A DNA stretch of 50,507 nucleotides. It comes from Bacteroidota bacterium. Lineage in GTDB: Bacteria; Bacteroidota; Bacteroidia; NS11-12g; UBA955. The notes under the pieces are model-generated. The model worked only from the letters and a program-made list of their open reading frames with translations. It made no database searches and was not told where the DNA came from. Where the stretch lies: the NCBI GenBank assembly GCA_046074125.1, contig JBJTNN010000299.1, forward strand, positions 1-50,507, read 5' to 3'. Of this stretch, positions 1-8,227 are shown in pieces. The translations under genes and the position numbers were made by a program. Every line of letters begins with the position of its first letter. The stretch's first letter is position 1.

Positions 1-7
1 AAGAATT

Positions 8-229
8 ATGTATTGGACACTTGAATTGGTTAGCTATTTGGACGATGCGCCATGGCCAGCCACCAAAGATGAGTTGATCGATTATGCGATTCGTTCTGGC
101 GCTCCTTTGGAGGTGATAGAAAACCTGCAGGAGCTTGAAGACGACGGAGAGCCATACGAGAGCATTGAAGAAATTTGGAGTGATTATCCCTCGGATGATG
201 ACTACTTCTTCAATGAAGATGAATTTTAA
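8..229 (+). CDS. DUF2795-family small acidic protein
   Basis: 73-aa ORF starting at ATG 8. The segment PATKDELIDYAIRSGAPLEVIENLQEL fits the DUF2795 pattern. A hairpin plus T-run follows. Confidence 0.6.
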   Translation: MYWTLELVSYLDDAPWPATKDELIDYAIRSGAPLEVIENLQELEDDGEPYESIEEIWSDYPSDDDYFFNEDEF

Positions 230-256
230 TCTTTGGTCGAAAAATCATTGAATTAA

Positions 257-282
257 GGGTCAACGGAAGTTGGCCCTTTTTT
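257..282 (+). terminator. Intrinsic terminator-like hairpin after the DUF2795 gene, overlapping the hflX 3' end
   Basis: gggtcaac (257-264), loop ggaa, gttggccc (269-276; 8 bp with one G-U pair), then tttttt (277-282). Confidence 0.45.
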
Positions 283-1438
283 GTTCTAGCAATAATTCGG
301 CAATGGTATTGCGAAGCTTTTCGATGTTTACGTTGTTTTGGGCAGAGATAAAGACCGCAGGCGCATTTTCTTTTGCGATCCAACTCTTTTCAAATTGTTC
401 TAGGGTAAGACCGGTAGATCCCACAAAAAAATCATCGTCTTCCGGTTCTTTGAAAGCATCAATTTTATTGAATACGATGAGTTCAGGTTTGTTGCTGGCG
501 CCAATTTCGTGAAGAATTTCTTTGACACTCATCATTTGTTGTTCAAAGGCAGGGTTTGAGATGTCTACCACGTGAATGAGCAAATCGGTTTCCATGGCTT
601 CGGCGAGTGTGCTCTTGAAACTCTCAATGAGAAGGGTAGGCAGTTTTCTGATAAATCCAACTGTATCGCTCAACAACAATGGAAGCATACCACCTTGATT
701 ATCGGGGTGGGGAATGACTACTTTTCTCACGGTTGCATCCAGGGTGGCGAATAATTTGTTTTCTACCAAGACATCGGATCTACTCAGCAAATTCATGACG
801 GTGCTTTTTCCCACGTTGGTGTAGCCAACGAGGGCACATCGAAACACGCCATCCCGGGATTTTCTCTGGGTTTGTCCAATTTTTTCAATGTCCTGCAGCT
901 TCGTTTTTAGGAGTGCAATTTTATCGCGTAGTACACGACGGTCCGTTTCGATTTCCTTTTCTCCGGGGCCTTTCATGCCGATACCTCCTTTTTGCTTTGA
1001 GAGGTGGGTCCACATCCCGGTGAGGCGTGGCAACATGAAAATACTTTGGGCCAGCTCCACTTGTGTTTTTGCTTGAGCCGTTTTGGCGTTGTTGGCAAAA
1101 ATGTCAAGAATGAGGTGGGTTCTACTGAGTATTTTGGCGTTTTCCAGTTCAGATTCGATGTTCCTCACTTGCGCCGGTGTGAGTTCATCATCAAAAATGA
1201 CTAGGTCAATCTTATGGTTGGCGACATATTGTTTGATTTCCTCCAATTTGCCTTTTCCCACATAGGTTTTTGGTTGGGGATGTTCCAGGTTTTGGATAAA
1301 TCGTTTTTTGGATTCAGCGCCTGAAGTGAGCACGAGTTGTTCCAATTCGGCCAAGGTTTCCTCAATGGGAATGGACTGTTGTGGCGTATTTACCCCCACC
1401 ACAATGGCGGTTTCTTTATGGTTGGCTGTAGCGTGCAA
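260..1438 (-). CDS. hflX: GTPase HflX
   Basis: 392 aa. HflX N-terminal domain pattern (DLVIFDDELTPAQVRNIE), then G1 GYTNVGKST, G3 DTVGF and G4 NKID. Confidence 0.9.
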   Translation of the reverse strand: MHATANHKETAIVVGVNTPQQSIPIEETLAELEQLVLTSGAESKKRFIQNLEHPQPKTYVGKGKLEEIKQYVANHKIDLVIFDDELTPAQVRNIESELENAKILSRTHLILDIFANNAKTAQAKTQVELAQSIFMLPRLTGMWTHLSKQKGGIGMKGPGEKEIETDRRVLRDKIALLKTKLQDIEKIGQTQRKSRDGVFRCALVGYTNVGKSTVMNLLSRSDVLVENKLFATLDATVRKVVIPHPDNQGGMLPLLLSDTVGFIRKLPTLLIESFKSTLAEAMETDLLIHVVDISNPAFEQQMMSVKEILHEIGASNKPELIVFNKIDAFKEPEDDDFFVGSTGLTLEQFEKSWIAKENAPAVFISAQNNVNIEKLRNTIAELLLEQKRANFR

Positions 1439-1466
1439 GAGATTGGGACTAAGAATAATTGTTCCG

Positions 1467-1474
1467 CAAAATTA
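1467..1474 (-). promoter_or_regulatory. Bacteroidota -7 box (TAATTTTG on the minus strand) upstream of hflX
   Basis: Plus strand reads caaaatta, i.e. TAnnTTTG on the minus strand. It lies 28 nt upstream of the hflX ATG. Confidence 0.3.
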
Positions 1475-1518
1475 CGGCAGTGCTTGGGAATTCAACCAAG
1501 TAGGTTGATTTTTGAGAA

Positions 1519-3033
1519 GTGAAGGATTTGAAACTTCTTTTTGGGTTGATTGTTGGGTTGTTCTCGTTTACGATATCTGCCCAGACCACTGTGGTTTCAA
1601 ATCAGGCAGGGTTGGCTCAAAAGAAAAGCCAATTTCGCAAGGCTTTGGGACAGGCCCATGGACAGGTTTATACGGTCTATTCGTCCAATGCTGATCTGGG
1701 TTTGGGCTTTGTACTTGAAAAATATTCGACGGACATGATTTTTCAGTCGGATAGAAAAATAGAAGCCCAAGGCAAACAGAAGATCTTGAAATTGGTGATG
1801 GGGGATTCTTTTTTTTACTGGGTGTCGGTATTAAAGGTGCGTCGACAGGTATTCAAGTTCTTTCATCATCGACTGGAATTGGGCATGGACGGACCGGTTG
1901 TAAGCAAGGAAATCGCCACTTTTACAGGAATGGATTTGGATATCACCCAATGGGAAACCGTAGGTTCAACGGATCGACAATCATTGGGAATATTCGCTTT
2001 TGGAGTGAAATGGGGCTGGTTTGATGATGGTAAGCGAATGACGATGGCTCGGGGTATGAGTATCAATCAAGGTGGCGATGTGCTCGATAGTTTTTTGCTG
2101 TCACTGCCCATTGAGTTTGGTGTAGATGAGGTGGTTTGGCGATCGGCGGAGGTCAACAAGCGGGGAGAAATGGGCTTGGTGTACGAGGATTTGGTTTCGG
2201 GTCCAACGCTGTTTAATGCCAAAAAAGAGGTAAGTCATTTTCATGTGATTTATCGGCAACAGGGCCAATCCTACCAAGAGCGCATTGCTTTGGACGGCAT
2301 GATTCGTGAGTTGGCGATTTCGATGGAACCTCAAACCCAAACGTTTGTCCTTCATGGTTTTTGGTCGGACTGGAAACAGCTTGGTTTATCAGGACATTTT
2401 AAAGGTCATTTCGAGACGATGAGCCTGAAGAATGATAGCGTCATAAACCATTGGTTGATTGATGCATTTACATGGGAGGACAGGCAAAATCGTCAATTGT
2501 CTGGCTTATCGGCCACCAAGAAATCGGGCAAGCCTGAGAACTATTTTATTCGGGATATTGTACCCTTGAGTCATGGAGGGAGTGTGATTTTAGCCGAGCA
2601 GTTTTTTGAAACCCGGCAGATGGAATCGTATTATGTGAATGGTGTGCCTCAGACCAGTAGTAAATTGTTTTATCATTACGGCGACATTGCCACGTTTTTT
2701 TTGAAGCCTTCGGGTGACCTAGATACGGTTGTGATGATACGAAAAACGCAGGTGGGAACTTCGTCGAGCTCCTATTTGTATGGGTTTGCCTTTTATATCT
2801 GTGCGGGTTCATTGAATTTGGTTTACAATGATGATGAAGGAGAAATGAATCGTGTGATGCATGTGCAAATTGACAATACCTTTGCAACGGAGAGGGAGTG
2901 GTTGTTTCGCAGTGAAAATATTCCCGGTGCTATAGTTCCCTATGAGGGACTTCACACCGATTATTGCACGCTTACAGTACCCATTTACCGCGACAAACAA
3001 TGGCATTGGCTTCAAGTGTATTCAAATGATTAA
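1519..3033 (+). CDS. Secreted hypothetical protein (signal peptide, no recognisable domain)
   Basis: 504-aa ORF with a GTG start. N-terminus MKDLKLLFGLIVGLFSFTISAQ is a typical signal peptide. The long intact ORF has flank-like composition. Confidence 0.6.
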   Translation: MKDLKLLFGLIVGLFSFTISAQTTVVSNQAGLAQKKSQFRKALGQAHGQVYTVYSSNADLGLGFVLEKYSTDMIFQSDRKIEAQGKQKILKLVMGDSFFYWVSVLKVRRQVFKFFHHRLELGMDGPVVSKEIATFTGMDLDITQWETVGSTDRQSLGIFAFGVKWGWFDDGKRMTMARGMSINQGGDVLDSFLLSLPIEFGVDEVVWRSAEVNKRGEMGLVYEDLVSGPTLFNAKKEVSHFHVIYRQQGQSYQERIALDGMIRELAISMEPQTQTFVLHGFWSDWKQLGLSGHFKGHFETMSLKNDSVINHWLIDAFTWEDRQNRQLSGLSATKKSGKPENYFIRDIVPLSHGGSVILAEQFFETRQMESYYVNGVPQTSSKLFYHYGDIATFFLKPSGDLDTVVMIRKTQVGTSSSSYLYGFAFYICAGSLNLVYNDDEGEMNRVMHVQIDNTFATEREWLFRSENIPGAIVPYEGLHTDYCTLTVPIYRDKQWHWLQVYSND

Positions 3034-4003
3034 CCGCCTCAAAGACCACGGATTATTTACCTTGTTACTGGTAATTGTAATAGCCATAGCTATACGAATA
3101 CCAGCTTTGTGGGTGATTCCGAAGGAGGCCATTATTTCTAAGCCGGGAATTCTGTCGGCCTGGGTCTCTTGGATTAACCGCTGGCCTGTCTTTTCCGTAG
3201 TGATTTCATTAATTATGGTTGTAGCGTTGGCCATTATGATCAATGAGATGGTCCGATCGCACGCCATCATGCGTCCAGTGGGATATTTACCCGCCTATTT
3301 TTTCATTTTGTTACAGAGTATTTACTTGGAGAATATGCTGGTGACAGAATATCATTTTGGAAATTTCTTTGTGTTTTTGGGATTGATATTGTTGTTGCGT
3401 TTGCGAGATGGATATTCCACGGTACTGTTGTTTTATAGTGCGTTGGCGTTTGGGATGGCGATACTGATTGTGCCGGATCATCTGCTTATTTTGTTGTTTG
3501 TCTTGTCGTGCGTGCTGGTATTCAAAACCATTGTTATACGCGATGTTTTGGCCATCGTATTTGGCTTGGTATTGCCGTATTATGTGTTGCGATGTTTGAT
3601 TTTTATCAACGGATGGGATGTTGCTGCTGTTTCCAATATTACCACCACCCCTTTAAATATCAATGGTTTGGGCGATGGTATAGTGGGCTTACTCACCAAA
3701 TACAGCGTTTACGTATCGTTTTTGTTGGTGGCAATTTTTGGTTTGATGAAGGTTAGCGGGAATTATTTCAGCGACAATGTAGAGGTGAGGCGCAGTAAAT
3801 TGGTGATCCTCTTATTTTTCGTGTATAGTTTGTTGCTGTTGGCCATTCACTGGCGAGAGCTCAAGAGTTTTCATTTGTTAACCGCTTTCCCGGCGGCCAT
3901 ACTCATCGCCTATTTCTTTACTGGAGAAAAGCGATATTGGTGGAAAGAGTTGATGGGATGGGGGTTATTGTGCGCCCTGGTTACCACCTTGTATTTCGTG
4001 TAG
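3026..4003 (+). CDS. Polytopic inner-membrane protein, unknown function
   Basis: The ORF-track entry starts at 2942. ATG 3026 (MINRLKDHGLFTLLLVIVIAIAI...) is preferred because it overlaps the upstream stop by only 8 nt. About 9-10 hydrophobic segments. Confidence 0.55.
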   Translation: MINRLKDHGLFTLLLVIVIAIAIRIPALWVIPKEAIISKPGILSAWVSWINRWPVFSVVISLIMVVALAIMINEMVRSHAIMRPVGYLPAYFFILLQSIYLENMLVTEYHFGNFFVFLGLILLLRLRDGYSTVLLFYSALAFGMAILIVPDHLLILLFVLSCVLVFKTIVIRDVLAIVFGLVLPYYVLRCLIFINGWDVAAVSNITTTPLNINGLGDGIVGLLTKYSVYVSFLLVAIFGLMKVSGNYFSDNVEVRRSKLVILLFFVYSLLLLAIHWRELKSFHLLTAFPAAILIAYFFTGEKRYWWKELMGWGLLCALVTTLYFV

Positions 4004-4669
4004 TCCAAGGGGTTCTAGTTCTTCAATCCATCTTTGGTATAGCTTGGAAATATCGGCGACAATCATGGGTTCGAATTTTTCGTACCAGTCTGTGGGGATG
4101 CCTACTTGAATAAAAATTCGATGCAAGGCGAAGGCGATGCGATCAATTTGTTGGTAATGAAATAAATATTGAACCTCACAAAAGCGATCGTAACGCTCGA
4201 AAAAGAGCTCATGATGGGGGTGTTCTAAAAAACGAAGGGCTTTTTCTACGGTAGTTCGCTGTGATTTAAGCTGACTGTAAAATAATGTTAATTTTTCTAA
4301 TTGATTATCTATATAGTATTTGTCTAGCATTATTTCAATTAACACATGAAGTGAAAACCAAAATTTGGGTATTTGATAGTTTGCACAAATAGATTTCCAT
4401 TCATCGCGCAGTTTGTCGTAGGTATTTTTGAAGAATGCCGATGAATGAAAGGCTTTATCGCGGTTGATGTGTTGCAAACACCCTTCGAAAAATTGAATGA
4501 GGTCGGCATCGGGATTGTTAGCCTTGTTGAGTTCGTCCAATGCTTCTTGAAAATGGAATTTGCAAGATTTAGGGGTGAAGTTTCTCAGTAAATCGGGCAT
4601 GATGAGCGCTACATTGTAGGCAGGTGCATCGGGTTTATGATCGATGAGAAAGTGGCTGAAAAAATTCAT
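3965..4669 (-). CDS. ACP phosphodiesterase (AcpH/DUF479)-like protein
   Basis: The internal ATG gives MNFFSHFLIDH..., which resembles the AcpH N-terminus MNFLAHLHLA. HINRDKAFH and HVLIEIMLD also resemble AcpH His/Asp motifs. Similarity is weak and judged by eye. Confidence 0.45.
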   Translation of the reverse strand: MNFFSHFLIDHKPDAPAYNVALIMPDLLRNFTPKSCKFHFQEALDELNKANNPDADLIQFFEGCLQHINRDKAFHSSAFFKNTYDKLRDEWKSICANYQIPKFWFSLHVLIEIMLDKYYIDNQLEKLTLFYSQLKSQRTTVEKALRFLEHPHHELFFERYDRFCEVQYLFHYQQIDRIAFALHRIFIQVGIPTDWYEKFEPMIVADISKLYQRWIEELEPLGLHEIQGGNQGAQ

Positions 4670-4717
4670 GGGGCACGCGAACTTACAACCTTTGTGAAAC
4701 ATTTTTGTTTAAATATC

Positions 4718-5245
4718 ATGAAGCATTGGGTACCACTGTTTGTTATTACCTTGTCGTGTGTAATTACCACTTCTTGGACGTGTGCCTCCGGACAGCTGAG
4801 AAGTCGTGCTGCCAATTCCGATACCTTGAGAAAAGATACCATGTCATACAAAATTCAGAAAACAGAAGAGGAGTGGAAGTCGGTGTTGGGTGAAGAATCC
4901 TACCGAGTATTGAGATTAAAGGGTACGGAGCGACCGTTTACGAGTGAATATGAAACCCTATGGGATTCTGGTACCTACGTCTGCAAGGGCTGTGGTCAGG
5001 AATTGTTTTCAAGTGAAACCAAGTTTGACGCAGGCTGTGGATGGCCTAGTTTCTATCAATCGATCGACAAATCTCGGATCAAGGAAATCGCGGACTATTC
5101 GCATGGAATGAGCAGGGTGGAAGTTGTTTGCAGCGCTTGTGGCGGACATTTGGGTCATGTTTTCAATGATGGATACGGACAACCAACGGGGTTGCGTTAT
5201 TGTATTAATGGGGTGAGTTTGGGTTTTCGGAAAAAGACCGAATAA
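4718..5245 (+). CDS. msrB: Peptide-methionine (R)-S-oxide reductase MsrB, possibly with an N-terminal signal sequence
   Basis: Two CxxC pairs (CKGCGQELF and CSACGGHLGHVF) and the GCGWPSF and RYCINGVSL motifs. Start is uncertain: ATG 4718 gives a hydrophobic leader, while ATG 4844 gives the core enzyme only. Confidence 0.85.
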   Translation: MKHWVPLFVITLSCVITTSWTCASGQLRSRAANSDTLRKDTMSYKIQKTEEEWKSVLGEESYRVLRLKGTERPFTSEYETLWDSGTYVCKGCGQELFSSETKFDAGCGWPSFYQSIDKSRIKEIADYSHGMSRVEVVCSACGGHLGHVFNDGYGQPTGLRYCINGVSLGFRKKTE

Positions 5246-5311
5246 TCGGATAAATCAACCCGCCTCGTTCCAATTCAAGGTGCATTCTGTGTAACTTGCT
5301 GCTTTGAATTC

Positions 5312-5410
5312 ATGTCGAACGGAAAGATTTTTTTACTCGATGGAATGGCATTGATTTATCGTGCCTTCTTCGCTTTTATCCAGAATCCACGCATCACCAG
5401 CACGGGTTAA
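5312..5410 (+). pseudogene. polA: Detached 5' end of polA: first 32 codons of the Pol I 5'-nuclease domain in a different frame
   Basis: ATG 5312 encodes MSNGKIFLLDGMALIYRAFFAFIQNPRITSTG, then TAA at 5408-5410. This is the canonical Pol I N-terminus and continues logically into the 5422 ORF frame (LNASAMMGFTN). Confidence 0.75.
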
Positions 5411-5421
5411 ATGCCAGTGCT

Positions 5422-8196
5422 ATGATGGGTTTTACCAATACGCTATTGGATGTCATTAAAAAACAGAAACCCACGCATTTGGCGGTGGTTTTTGATACAT
5501 CGGCTCCCACGCAACGACACATACAGTTTGAAGCCTATAAAGCGCAGCGTGAAGAAATGCCGGAGGACTTGCGCAAGAGCATTCCCTATGTTTTCCGGAT
5601 CATCGAAGGGTTTAATATCCCGGTTATTACGATGGACGGATATGAAGCGGACGACATCATTGGCACATTGGCTTGGAAAGCGGGTGATTTGGGTTATGAT
5701 GTATTCATGATGACGCCTGACAAAGACTTCGGTCAGTTGGTACGAGAAAATGTGAAGATTTATAAGCCGGCGCGGATGGGAAATAGTGACGAGATTTTGG
5801 GTGTGGACGAAATTTTGAAGAAGTGGGAGATTACGGATCCCAAGCAGGTAATTGATATTTTGGGGCTTTGGGGTGATGCTTCAGACAACATTCCCGGTGT
5901 GCCAGGCGTGGGTGAGAAGACGGCCAAGAAGTTGATCCAAGAATACGGCAGTATGGAAGCCATTTTGGAGAACACCGACAAGCTCAAGGGTAAAATGCAG
6001 GAGAATTTCCGGACCTATGCTGAGCAAGCCAAAATTAGCAAGTGGTTAGCGACCATCGATACGCAGGTGCCGATTGAATTGGACTTGGAAGGCCTAAAAA
6101 TGGAGCCGGTGAATGAGCCCGTACTGAGAGAAATTTTTGAAGAATTGGAATTCAGGACGTTGATGCGTCGGGTGTTGGGCGATGGTGGAACCGCAGGTTC
6201 AAGCGCAAGCGATGGTGTGGCAGATGCTACCTCTAGTGGTTCTGGAGCCACGGATTTGTTTGGCAACCCGGTTGCACCCTCCACAGTAAAAAAAGCAAAA
6301 CCTCAACCAACCAACCAAACTTCCTTATTTGATGTTGCCGCGGGTGACGACGACGAAGCGGGTGATTCGGGAGTGGCCGTTGTTTACAAGACCATACATG
6401 ACGTACAACATGAGTATATCGTTGCTGATACGGATGCGGCCATAGCGTCGTTATTGCTAGCCCTACAGGAGGCCCGTGAATTTTGTTTTGATACAGAAAC
6501 CACCGATGTAGAATCCCTGCATGCTGAGTTGGTGGGACTTTCATTTAGCACATCGCCGCATCAGGGATGGTACGTACCGGTCTCTGCAGATCGCGTTGAG
6601 GCAACCGCATTGGTTCAGAAATTTGCCGATGTATTGGCTTCCGATCGCTTGAAAATCGCACAGAACATCAAATATGACATCACCGTTTTGCAGAATTATG
6701 GCGTTACCGTGAGTGGTCCTATGTTTGATACGATGTTGGCCCATTACTTATTGGAGCCAGATCAACGACACAACATGCAACTGTTGAGTGAAAAGTTTTT
6801 GGGATACACCCCAATTTCTATTGAGACGTTGATTGGAAAAAAGGGCAAAAGTCAGGGGTCGATGCGTGATGTAGAACTCAGCGCAATTGCGGAATATGCG
6901 GCGGAAGATTCGGATGTGACTTTGCAGTTGTATCACGTGCTCAAGCCGGCATTGGAGGAAAGGGGTTTGCTGGGGCTTTTGATGGATGTGGAAATGCCTT
7001 TGGTCACCGTTTTGGAAGCGATGGAACGTCAGGGCGTGCGTGTGGACGTAGACTTTTTGAAAGATTACAGCAATCAATTGTTGGAGCAGGTTCGCGGGGT
7101 ACAGGCGAACATTTTTCAGGAAGCGGGCGGTGTGTTTAATATCGCATCGGCCCAGCAAGTAGGAACCATTTTGTTTGATAAACTCAAGCTTTCAGATAAG
7201 CCGAAGAAGACAAAAACCGGTCAATATCAAACCGACGAAGAAACGTTAAATGCCCTATTGGGAAAGCATCCCATTGTGCAGTACATTCTCGATTTCAGGG
7301 CCTTGCAGAAATTGAAAAGCACCTATGTGGATGCATTACCCTTGTTGGTGGATGCGCATACAGGACGCGTGCATACACACTTCAATCAGGCGGTTGCTGC
7401 GACAGGACGATTGAGCAGTCAGAATCCAAATTTGCAGAACATTCCCATTCGCACAGAGTTGGGTCGGGAGATCAGGAAGGCGTTTGTATCGAAGGGACCT
7501 GAGACGGTGTTGTTGAGTTGTGACTATTCTCAAATTGAGTTACGAATCATCGCGCACATGAGTGGTGATGCGGGAATGCAAGAGGCGTTCAAACAGGGGA
7601 TTGACATTCACACGGCCACAGCAGCGAAGGTTTGGGGTGTGGGGATTGAAGAGGTGGACAAGGAAATGCGTCGCAAGGCAAAGACGGTGAATTTTGGTAT
7701 CATTTACGGTATTTCGGCGTTTGGGTTAAGTCAACGAGTAGGTATTTCAAGGGGCGAAGCCAAGGAGATAATCGAGAACTATTTCAAGCAGTTTGGGGGT
7801 ATCAAGGACTACATGGATGAAACCGTGAATAAAGCGCGGGAGCAGGGATATGTTGAGACCATCTTGGGTAGACGGAGATATATGCGTGATATTTTATCGG
7901 CGAATGCGGTGATGCGTGGTTTTGCAGAGCGAAATGCGATCAATGCACCCATTCAGGGGAGTGCGGCGGATATGATTAAGTTGGCCATGATACAAATTCA
8001 CGATTGGTTAAATGCTGAAAAGTTGAAGACGCGGATGATTTTGCAAGTGCATGACGAATTGCTGTTTGACGTGCCGGCAGACGAACTGGCCTATGTGGAG
8101 CCAAAAATCAAGGCCTTGATGGAAGGCGCGATGACTTTGGATGTGCCCGTATTGGTAGAATCTGGCAAGGGCAACAACTGGCTAGAAGCGCATTAA
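5422..8196 (+). CDS. polA: DNA polymerase I (5'-nuclease, 3'-5' exonuclease-like and polymerase domains), N-terminally truncated as annotated
   Basis: 924 aa. 5'-nuclease motifs GYEADDIIGTLA and GDASDNIPGVPGVGEKTA. Polymerase motif A DYSQIELR, motif B RRKAKTVNFGIIYG and motif C QVHDEL. Confidence 0.92.
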   Translation: MMGFTNTLLDVIKKQKPTHLAVVFDTSAPTQRHIQFEAYKAQREEMPEDLRKSIPYVFRIIEGFNIPVITMDGYEADDIIGTLAWKAGDLGYDVFMMTPDKDFGQLVRENVKIYKPARMGNSDEILGVDEILKKWEITDPKQVIDILGLWGDASDNIPGVPGVGEKTAKKLIQEYGSMEAILENTDKLKGKMQENFRTYAEQAKISKWLATIDTQVPIELDLEGLKMEPVNEPVLREIFEELEFRTLMRRVLGDGGTAGSSASDGVADATSSGSGATDLFGNPVAPSTVKKAKPQPTNQTSLFDVAAGDDDEAGDSGVAVVYKTIHDVQHEYIVADTDAAIASLLLALQEAREFCFDTETTDVESLHAELVGLSFSTSPHQGWYVPVSADRVEATALVQKFADVLASDRLKIAQNIKYDITVLQNYGVTVSGPMFDTMLAHYLLEPDQRHNMQLLSEKFLGYTPISIETLIGKKGKSQGSMRDVELSAIAEYAAEDSDVTLQLYHVLKPALEERGLLGLLMDVEMPLVTVLEAMERQGVRVDVDFLKDYSNQLLEQVRGVQANIFQEAGGVFNIASAQQVGTILFDKLKLSDKPKKTKTGQYQTDEETLNALLGKHPIVQYILDFRALQKLKSTYVDALPLLVDAHTGRVHTHFNQAVAATGRLSSQNPNLQNIPIRTELGREIRKAFVSKGPETVLLSCDYSQIELRIIAHMSGDAGMQEAFKQGIDIHTATAAKVWGVGIEEVDKEMRRKAKTVNFGIIYGISAFGLSQRVGISRGEAKEIIENYFKQFGGIKDYMDETVNKAREQGYVETILGRRRYMRDILSANAVMRGFAERNAINAPIQGSAADMIKLAMIQIHDWLNAEKLKTRMILQVHDELLFDVPADELAYVEPKIKALMEGAMTLDVPVLVESGKGNNWLEAH

Positions 8197-8227
8197 TTGG
8201 GGCTATGAAACTCGGTGCGCGCGAGAA

